Under the pieces are notes generated by a model. That model worked only from the letters and a program-made list of their open reading frames with translations, was not told the DNA's origin and searched no databases. A DNA stretch of 60,345 nt. Origin: Lysobacterales bacterium RIFOXYA1_FULL_69_10. Its GTDB lineage: Bacteria; Pseudomonadota; Gammaproteobacteria; Xanthomonadales; Xanthomonadaceae. Made by a program: the position numbers and the translations under genes. The stretch is taken from the NCBI GenBank assembly GCA_001830245.1, contig MIDV01000005.1:444-60788 (forward strand). Reading direction: 5' to 3'. Positions 53,595-60,345 of the stretch are shown here, piece after piece; the first letter of the stretch is position 1; each line of letters begins with the position of its first letter.

Positions 53595-53633
53595 AGTGCG
53601 TAGCTCAGCCTCCCGAAGGAGACCGATCCGTCA

Positions 53634-54005
53634 TTAGTTGACCGGATCGTTGTTCGCGTCGGCGGAGTCGGCAGCGTTCTCGGCAGCCTGGCCAGCCTGG
53701 TCGGCGGCGTCAGCAGCGTCGGCAGCGGCGTCAGCGGCGTCGGCGTTGTTCTCCATGTCGCCGGTCGAAGCGTCGGCAGCAGCGGTGGCGGCCGAGTCGG
53801 CAGCCATGGCAGCGGCGTCGGCAGCAGCCTGGGCAGCGTCAGCAGCAGCGGCGTCGCCGGTGGCGGCAGCGGCGGTGGCGTCGGCCTGGGCGTCAGCAGC
53901 GTTCTCGGCGGCGTCAGCGGCCGAGTCCTGGGCGCGGTCGGCGTTCGAGCAGGCAGCCAGGGCGAAGCCCATGGCCAGGGCGAGCAGGGTCTTGTTGATG
54001 GACAT
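53634..54005 (-). CDS. Ala/Asp-rich lipoprotein
   Basis: Lipobox LAAC, AAD repeats, GAGG RBS. Confidence 0.85.
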   Translation of the reverse strand: MSINKTLLALAMGFALAACSNADRAQDSAADAAENAADAQADATAAAATGDAAAADAAQAAADAAAMAADSAATAAADASTGDMENNADAADAAADAADAADQAGQAAENAADSADANNDPVN

Positions 54006-54059
54006 GATGCAGTTTCCTCGTCGTAAAAGTTTGGCAACGCGCAGTTGCGCGCCGGTAAC

Positions 54060-54087
54060 ATGATGACAAGCCCCAAACGGCTGTCAA
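54060..54087 (-). promoter_or_regulatory. Putative sigma70 promoter of lipoprotein gene
   Basis: TTGACA, 16-nt spacer, CATCAT (TGn-extended) in an AT-rich intergenic stretch. Confidence 0.5.
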
Positions 54088-54150
54088 GCGGGGATGCGTG
54101 GTTTTTTTGTTAGCTGATCGTTAACCCGCTCAGGCATTTAGCGGGGGGTG

Positions 54151-55326
54151 TTACAGCAGCTCCACAGCCACGGCCGTGGCCTCGCCACCGCCGATGCACA
54201 GGGTGGCCACGCCGCGCTTGCCGCCGCGCTTGGCCAGGGCATTGAGCAGGGTCACGACCAGGCGCGCGCCGCTGGCGCCGATGGGGTGCCCCAGGGCGAC
54301 CGCGCCGCCGTGGACGTTGACCTTCTCGTGGGGGATGCCCAGGTCCTTGATCGGCGCCATCGCCACGCAGGCGAACGCCTCGTTGATTTCGAACAGGTCC
54401 ACGTCCTCCACCTTCCAGCCGGCTTTCTCAAGCACGTTGGACAGCGCCTTGACCGGAGCGGTGGTGAACCACTCGGGCGCCTGGGCGTGCCCGGCGTGGG
54501 CGACGATGCGCGCCAGCGGCTTGAGGCCGCGCTTGGCCGCTTCATCGGCGCTCATCAGCACGGTGGCGGCGGCGCCGTCGGAAATCTTCGAGGACGAGGC
54601 GGCCGTCAGCACGCCCTCCTTGCCGAAGGCCGCACGCAGCCCCGGGATCTTGGACGTGTCGATCTTGCCCGGCTCCTCGTCGGTGTCGACCACGACCTCG
54701 CCCTTGCGGGTCTTGACCGTCACCGGAACGATCTCGTCGGCGAACGTGCCGTCGGACACCGCCTTCTTGGCGCGGTTGACGCTCTCCTCGGAGAAGCCGT
54801 CCAGAGCGGCGCGGTCGAACTTGTAGCTGTCGCACGCCATGTCGCCGAACACGCCCATGGCCTTGCCGTCGTACGGGTTGGTCAGGCCGTCGAAAGCCAT
54901 GTGGTCCAGGAACTCGGCGCTGCCGTAGCGCACGCCGGTGCGCGAGCCGTTGAGCAGGTGCGGGGCGTTGGTCATCGATTCCATGCCGCCGGCCACCACC
55001 ACCGTGGACGAGCCGGCCTTGATCGCATCGTGCGCCAGCATGATGGCCTTCATGCCCGACCCGCACACCTTGTTGATGGTGGTGCAGGCGGTCGAATCGG
55101 ACAGGCCGGCGCCGAGGGCGGCCTGGCGGGCAGGCGCCTGGCCCAGGCCGGCCGGCAGCACGCAGCCCATGATCACTTCGTCGACCTGGTCGGGCGCGAC
55201 GCCGGCGTGCTCGAGCGCACCGGTGATCGCGGCAGTGCCCAGGACCGGGGTGGCGACGCCGGTGAACTGGCCGAGGAAAGAACCGATGGCGGTGCGCTTG
55301 GCACCGACGATGACGACATCGCTCAT
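54151..55326 (-). CDS. Acetyl-CoA acetyltransferase (thiolase)
   Basis: NKVCGSG, NEAF, GHPIGASG, CIGGG motifs. Confidence 0.95.
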   Translation of the reverse strand: MSDVVIVGAKRTAIGSFLGQFTGVATPVLGTAAITGALEHAGVAPDQVDEVIMGCVLPAGLGQAPARQAALGAGLSDSTACTTINKVCGSGMKAIMLAHDAIKAGSSTVVVAGGMESMTNAPHLLNGSRTGVRYGSAEFLDHMAFDGLTNPYDGKAMGVFGDMACDSYKFDRAALDGFSEESVNRAKKAVSDGTFADEIVPVTVKTRKGEVVVDTDEEPGKIDTSKIPGLRAAFGKEGVLTAASSSKISDGAAATVLMSADEAAKRGLKPLARIVAHAGHAQAPEWFTTAPVKALSNVLEKAGWKVEDVDLFEINEAFACVAMAPIKDLGIPHEKVNVHGGAVALGHPIGASGARLVVTLLNALAKRGGKRGVATLCIGGGEATAVAVELL

Positions 55327-55418
55327 GGGGGACTCCTGGTTGCGGGTCGGTCGCGGGGACCGGAACCCGTCGATTATGCGACCGCGTGCTGCACTGCCGC
55401 AAACCGCCGCTGGTGGCG

Positions 55419-56009
55419 TCAGTCCGACGCGGGGGCGGGTAGCAGGTAGAGCACACGGCCACTGTCGCGGGGCCGGGGGGCGGTGAACCCGGCGCGTTCG
55501 TAGAGCACGGGCACGCCGGTCCAGATGAACGTGCCCGCCTGGCGCTGGCCCGGTCGCACGACCTGCGGATAGGCCTCGATCTCACTGGCGCCGCGTTCGA
55601 ACGCCAGCGCGATCGCGGCGTCCACCAGCGCCGTGGCGACGCCGCGGCCGCGCTCGCGCGCCGGGACGTACAGGCAGTTGATGGACCAGGTCGTGGCCGA
55701 CCACGCGCGGGCCAGGGCCTTGCTGCGATCCAGCCGGGGAAAGTCCGCGCGTGGCCCCGCCGCGCACCAGCCCACGGGCCGGTCGCCGTCGAACGCCAGC
55801 ACCCCGGACGCGCCCCCCGACTGGACGAGCGAACGGAACGCCTCGCGGTTGGGCGCGCCCTTCGCCGCGTCCCAGGCCTTGCCGCCCATCGGCACGCGCC
55901 ACCACATGCACCAGCACCCGCCGCACGCCCCGTTGGCGCCGAACAGCGCCTCGATGACCGGCCAGTCGTCGCGGGTCAGCGGGCGCGTGGTGAGGGATTC
56001 GCCGGACAT
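55419..56009 (-). CDS. GNAT acetyltransferase
   Basis: CWCM motif, RGRGVA acetyl-CoA loop, EAYP, Y.RAGF. Confidence 0.85.
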   Translation of the reverse strand: MSGESLTTRPLTRDDWPVIEALFGANGACGGCWCMWWRVPMGGKAWDAAKGAPNREAFRSLVQSGGASGVLAFDGDRPVGWCAAGPRADFPRLDRSKALARAWSATTWSINCLYVPARERGRGVATALVDAAIALAFERGASEIEAYPQVVRPGQRQAGTFIWTGVPVLYERAGFTAPRPRDSGRVLYLLPAPASD

Positions 56010-56036
56010 CGCCAAAGCGTACGCCCGCGCGCATCT

Positions 56037-56207
56037 GCAGGAGCGGCTTCAGCCGCGATCGATGCCGCGAAGAAAGCCGGCTCTTCCGTAGGAGCGACGT
56101 AAGTCGCGACCGTCGCTCGCCCGGCGTTGCAGGGTCGCGACTTACGTCGCTCCTACAAAGGAATCGTCGACACCGGGAGGCTTCTTCGCGGCTGAAGCCG
56201 CTCCTAC
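56037..56207. repeat. Nested GTAG-REP doublet (A> B> <B <A)
   Basis: A 56037-56058, B 56088-56109, inverted B 56135-56156, inverted A 56186-56207. Confidence 0.92.
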
Positions 56208-56218
56208 GAAAAGCGGGT

Positions 56219-57376
56219 TCAGGCGCGGTCTTCGAACAGCTCGCGGCCGATCAGCATGCGGCGGATCTCGTTGGTGCCGGCGCCGATCGCGTAGAGCTTG
56301 GCGTCGCGCAGGATGCGGCCGGCCGGGTACTCGTTGATGTAGCCGTTGCCGCCCAGGGTCTGGATGGCTTCGAGCCCGACCTGCACCGCGGCATCGGAGG
56401 CGTGCAGCAGGCAGGACGCGGCATCGACGCGGCTCTTGTGGCCGGCGTCATAGTCGCGACCGACCTGGTAGGCGAACGCGCGGCTGGACTGCAACGCCGT
56501 GTACATGTCGGCGATCTTCGCCTGCATGATCCCGAAGGTGCCGATCGCCGCGTCGAACTGCTTGCGCTCGCGCACGTAGGGCAGGGCGATGTCCATCGCC
56601 GCCTGCATCAGGCCCAGCGGGCCCCCGGTCAGCACCAGGCGCTCGGTGTTGAGGCCGCTCATCAGCACCTTTACGCCGCCGTTGACCTCGCCCAGCACGT
56701 TCTCGGCCGGGATCTCGCAGTCCTCGAACACCAGCTCGCAGGTGTTGGAGCCGCGCATGCCCAGCTTGTCCAGCTTCTGCGCGGTGGAAAAGCCTTTCAT
56801 GCCGCGCTCGACGATGAAGGCGGTCATGCACTTGCTGCCCGCGTCCTTGCCGGCGGTGCGCATGTAGACGATCAGCACGTCGGCCTCGGGGCCGTTGGTG
56901 ATCCACATCTTGTTGCCGTTGGCGACCCAGACATCGCCTTTCTTCTCGGCGCGGCAGCTCATCGAACCGACCACGTCCGAGCCCGCGCCCGGCTCGCTCA
57001 TCGCCAGCGCGCCCTTCCACTCGCCGGTGCAGAGTTTCGGCAGGTACTTCTGGCGCTGGGCCTCGTTGCCGTTGGCGTACAGGTTGGACACGCACAGGTT
57101 GGAGTGCGCGCCGTAGCTCAAGCCGACCGACCCGGACGCGCGCGAGATCTCCTCCATCGCCACCAGGTGCGCCAAAAAGCCCATGTCGCTGCCGCCGTAC
57201 TCGCCCGGCACCGTCAGGCCCAGCAGGCCCATCTCGCCCAGCTTGGGCCACAGGTCCTGCGGGAACGCGTTGTCGTGGTCGATCTGCTCGGCACGCGGCG
57301 CGATCTCGGCCTCGGCAAAGCGGCGCACGGCCTCGCGCAGCGCGTCGATTTCGTCACCAAGGGGGAAGGGGCGCAT
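56219..57376 (-). CDS. liuA: Isovaleryl-CoA dehydrogenase
   Basis: [35 protein letters not shown] motifs. Confidence 0.93.
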   Translation of the reverse strand: MRPFPLGDEIDALREAVRRFAEAEIAPRAEQIDHDNAFPQDLWPKLGEMGLLGLTVPGEYGGSDMGFLAHLVAMEEISRASGSVGLSYGAHSNLCVSNLYANGNEAQRQKYLPKLCTGEWKGALAMSEPGAGSDVVGSMSCRAEKKGDVWVANGNKMWITNGPEADVLIVYMRTAGKDAGSKCMTAFIVERGMKGFSTAQKLDKLGMRGSNTCELVFEDCEIPAENVLGEVNGGVKVLMSGLNTERLVLTGGPLGLMQAAMDIALPYVRERKQFDAAIGTFGIMQAKIADMYTALQSSRAFAYQVGRDYDAGHKSRVDAASCLLHASDAAVQVGLEAIQTLGGNGYINEYPAGRILRDAKLYAIGAGTNEIRRMLIGRELFEDRA

Positions 57377-57436
57377 GGGAACTCCTGTCCTGAATATCGG
57401 ATTGGACGCCGATCCAGCGGGCGCCTGCATTTTTCT

Positions 57437-57535
57437 CCTTCCCCTTCAAGGGGAAGGCCGGGATGGGGATGGGTTGGACGCGCATTATCGCTGCACGCAC
57501 CCATCCCCACCCAACCCTCCCCTTGAAAGGGAGGG
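57437..57535. repeat. Gene-less copy of DUF559-flanking inverted repeat pair
   Basis: Left arm 57437-57474, 24-nt spacer, right arm 57499-57535. Confidence 0.88.
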
Positions 57536-57547
57536 CTTCAAAGCACT

Positions 57548-57578
57548 GAAACAACGACGGGGCACAAGGCCCCGTCGT
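57548..57578 (-). terminator. Putative terminator after leucine dehydrogenase
   Basis: ACGACGGGGC/GCCCCGTCGT 10-bp stem followed by TGTTT. Confidence 0.65.
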
Positions 57579-57600
57579 CTTACAGCATCAAACCAACCGA

Positions 57601-58701
57601 TCAGTGCCCGCGGATGCGGCCCTGGAAGCGCGGCTGTGCGCGGCCCAGCGGCAGCTTCAGCTTGCCGATCTTCTCGATGCGCTCTTCGGCCATGCGGTCG
57701 GCGGCGCGGTAGGTCGGGATGCCGTCGCGCTCGGCGATCTCGAAGATGCGGCCGAGGTTGTGGTAGATCGTCCGCATCATGCGCATGGCGCGCTCGCGGT
57801 TGTAGCCGTCGATCTCCAGCGAGACGTTCATGACGCCGCCGGCGTTCACCGCGTAGTCCGGGGCGTACAGGATGCCGCGCTTCTGCACTTCGTCGCCAAT
57901 GGCGTTGTTGGCCAGCTGGTTGTTGGCCGCGCCGCAGATCACCTTCGCCTTCAGGCGGGGCAGGGTCTGCTCGTTGACGGTGCCACCCAGTGCGCACGGC
58001 GAGTACACGTCGGCCGGGACGTCGTAGATGTCCTCCAGGCCCACGGCTTCGGCGCCGTACTCGGACACGGCCTTCTCGACCAGGCCCTGGTTGATGTCGG
58101 TGACGAAGATCTTCGCGCCGCGCTCCTTGAGCAGCTTCACGAATTCCATGCCGACGTGGCCCAGGCCCTGCACGGCGTAGCTGTACTTGCCGACTTCCTC
58201 GTCGCCGAACTTCTTGTTGAGCGAGGCCATCAGGCCCTGCAGCGTGCCATAGGCGGTGAACGGCGACGGGTCGCCCGAACCGCCGTGGACCTGGTGCACG
58301 CCGGTGACGTACTCGGTCTCGCGGTAGACGAACTCCATGTCGTTGACGTCGATGCCCACGTCCTCGGCGGTGATGTAGCGCCCGCCCAGCGACTCCACGA
58401 ATTGGCCGAACGCGCGGAACAGCGCCTCGGACTTGTCGGTCGCCGGGTCGCCGATGATCACCGCCTTGCCGCCACCGATGTTCAGGCCGGCGACCGCGTT
58501 CTTGTAGGTCATGCCGCGGCTCAGGCGCAGCACGTCATTGAGCGCGTCGGCCTCGGTCTTGTACGGCCACATGCGCGTACCGCCCAGGGCCGGGCCCAGC
58601 ACGGTGTTGTGGATCGCGATGATGGCCTTCAGGCCCGCGTCCTTGTTGTGGCAGAACACGACCTGCTCGTGGCCGGTGGTGTCGAGGGTTTCGAAAATCA
58701 T
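57601..58701 (-). CDS. Leucine dehydrogenase (Glu/Leu/Phe/Val family)
   Basis: GPALGGTR, GMTYKNA, GGGKAV, TAEDVG, GAANNQL motifs. Confidence 0.93.
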   Translation of the reverse strand: MIFETLDTTGHEQVVFCHNKDAGLKAIIAIHNTVLGPALGGTRMWPYKTEADALNDVLRLSRGMTYKNAVAGLNIGGGKAVIIGDPATDKSEALFRAFGQFVESLGGRYITAEDVGIDVNDMEFVYRETEYVTGVHQVHGGSGDPSPFTAYGTLQGLMASLNKKFGDEEVGKYSYAVQGLGHVGMEFVKLLKERGAKIFVTDINQGLVEKAVSEYGAEAVGLEDIYDVPADVYSPCALGGTVNEQTLPRLKAKVICGAANNQLANNAIGDEVQKRGILYAPDYAVNAGGVMNVSLEIDGYNRERAMRMMRTIYHNLGRIFEIAERDGIPTYRAADRMAEERIEKIGKLKLPLGRAQPRFQGRIRGH

Positions 58702-58759
58702 CGGGTGCTCCGCGTCGGCGTACGGAGTGCGCGTCGCGCTCTACGCCAACTGTGGTTGA

Positions 58760-58772
58760 TAAGTCGTTGATT
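58760..58772 (-). promoter_or_regulatory. Possible IHF site
   Basis: AATCAACGACTTA matches WATCAANNNNTTR upstream of leucine dehydrogenase. Confidence 0.4.
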
Positions 58773-58888
58773 CAGAATGAAATTGCCTGCGAGTTCGGCC
58801 GAGGCCGCCCGTCGCAGGCGCCGTAGTTTAAAGCAATCGGCGGATACGGCTGCGTATGCCCTTCACGCCGCCACGCGTGACGGCCGTC

Positions 58889-60190
58889 TCAGAAGGTCCG
58901 GTAGGCGTGCTCGCGCAGCCACAGCGTCGCCAGCCACTTCTCGCCGGCCTGCACCGGGCAGCCGGCGTGCAGCGAATCCGGGTCCGGCAGGCCGTCGGGC
59001 GTGTAGTTGTCGAACACCACCGCGCGCCCCGGTGCCGGCGCGATGCGCACGCCCGGCACGGGGAACTCGGTTTCGCCGCCCTGGGCCACGGCGTTGAGGT
59101 AGACGCAGATCGTCCGACGCCGGTTGCCGGCAGTGGGGCGGTCGGCCTGCACCACGCGGTCGGGCAGGTAGTCGCGGTGCGGACGGTACTCCTGGCCCGG
59201 CTGGTAGCGCAGCACGATCAGGTGTTCGGCCTGCGCCAGTTCGGCGCGTGCGGAGCGGGCGATACGCAGCTGCACCACCCGGAGCGCGAAGTCCTCCAGC
59301 ACCGGGTCGATCGCCGCATCGCTGCTCGTGCGCAGCTGGCGCGTGTCGGCGCGCCCCGTCAGCGGATCGATCACCCGGGAAGCGCGCAGGTGCGGCATCG
59401 CCGTGGCCACCATCAACCGGCACTCGTCCGCCGACAGCAGGTGGTCGACCTGCATCACGCGCGGCTGCTGGCTGTGCATCGTCCACGGCGCGGGCTGCAA
59501 CGCTTCTTCGAACGCCAGCGTGCCCGGTGGCACCTCGCCGGAGGCACGCGGGGGCGCCGGCGGCGGCAACGGTGCAGTGATCTCCGGCAGCCGCGGCACG
59601 CCGTGCCTGGCGAGCTGCAGCCACAGATCGTTGGCGGCACCCGGCTCGGCCGGGCAGCCTTCGCCGCGGTGCAGGCGTTCGGCCAGCAGCAGCGCCGCGA
59701 TCGGGTCGCCGCGCCCCGCGCCGCGTTCCAGCAGGCGGATGCAGGTGGCCTGGTCGTCCTTGTGGTGCTTGCGGCCGAAGTGGATCGCCGCGGCACGCAG
59801 CGCAGGCGGGTAGTCGTGCTGTACGGCGCTCAGCATGCGCTCGTTGATGCGGCCGTCGCGCGGCAGCAGCAGGTTGCCCAGGCCGATCAGTGCCAGGTGG
59901 TAGCCCGCGATCGGGCTGCCCAGGCCTTCGGCCCGCAGCAACCATTCCACCGCCATCGACGGGTCGGCATCGGTGCCGACGCCGTGCAGCAGCATCCGGG
60001 CGTATTCGACCTGCGCGTTTGCATGCCCCGCGGCGCCGGCCAGGTGGTAGTGGTGCGCGGCTTCCTCGACGCGGCCGCGGGCCACCAGCGCGGTGGCATA
60101 GCGGAACAGCGCATCGGGCACGCCGCTGGCGGCGTCGCTGCGCAGCTCGCCCAGTTCGGTGTCGTCGTCGTTGGCCGCGCCGCGGGTCAT
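58889..60190 (-). CDS. Sel1-repeat + 2OG-Fe(II) prolyl-4-hydroxylase-like protein
   Basis: Sel1-like repeats (AQ..YA.ML..GVG...D...A.EW..RA), then LRYQPGQEY.PH.D, YLN...GGET.FP, LHAG.PV..GEKW. Confidence 0.88.
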   Translation of the reverse strand: MTRGAANDDDTELGELRSDAASGVPDALFRYATALVARGRVEEAAHHYHLAGAAGHANAQVEYARMLLHGVGTDADPSMAVEWLLRAEGLGSPIAGYHLALIGLGNLLLPRDGRINERMLSAVQHDYPPALRAAAIHFGRKHHKDDQATCIRLLERGAGRGDPIAALLLAERLHRGEGCPAEPGAANDLWLQLARHGVPRLPEITAPLPPPAPPRASGEVPPGTLAFEEALQPAPWTMHSQQPRVMQVDHLLSADECRLMVATAMPHLRASRVIDPLTGRADTRQLRTSSDAAIDPVLEDFALRVVQLRIARSARAELAQAEHLIVLRYQPGQEYRPHRDYLPDRVVQADRPTAGNRRRTICVYLNAVAQGGETEFPVPGVRIAPAPGRAVVFDNYTPDGLPDPDSLHAGCPVQAGEKWLATLWLREHAYRTF

Positions 60191-60345
60191 CCGGCGCAGC
60201 GTACCCGACCGCGGCGGCCTCCCAACAGCCGCCGCCGCGGTCGTCCTCCTCACACCACAAATGGCCCGGCCGGCCGGGGCCCCCCCACGGCACCCCGGCA
60301 CGGCCGGGCCTCACGCTCAAACCTGGGTCAGAGTGCACTTTCCCC

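Overview
High-GC (~70% by eye) chromosomal segment from a Xanthomonadales (Lysobacter/Luteimonas-like) bacterium; the taxon is inferred from gene order and repeat families. It is mostly core amino-acid metabolism. From left to right: truncated cysS; a Xanthomonas-type arginine operon (argF'-G-E-AB-C-H); pgaABCD (PNAG) with a divergent UDP-HexNAc dehydrogenase; tRNA-Pro(CGG); hisS translationally coupled to an enlarged histidine ammonia-lyase-like gene; a 7TM-DISM diguanylate cyclase; a TrpR-family regulator followed by hisGDC(NB)HAF(IE); mtnBDC; two APC permeases; efpL/yeiP; and a dispersed leucine-catabolism cluster interleaved with feoABC, bactofilin, lipoproteins and a PAS-GGDEF-EAL gene. 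No integrase, transposase or CRISPR array was seen. The best leads are three. (1) A complete ribosome-mediated attenuator architecture with an Arg-rich leader peptide in front of the arg operon. (2) A DUF559 nuclease gene bracketed by polar hairpin inverted repeats, with a gene-less copy of the same repeat pair 11 kb away, suggesting an autonomous/non-autonomous pair. (3) The hisS-coupled ammonia-lyase with two large insertions. Several REP-like families are present, including two nested doublets. Product calls rest on motif recognition, not database searches, and start codons were chosen by eye.
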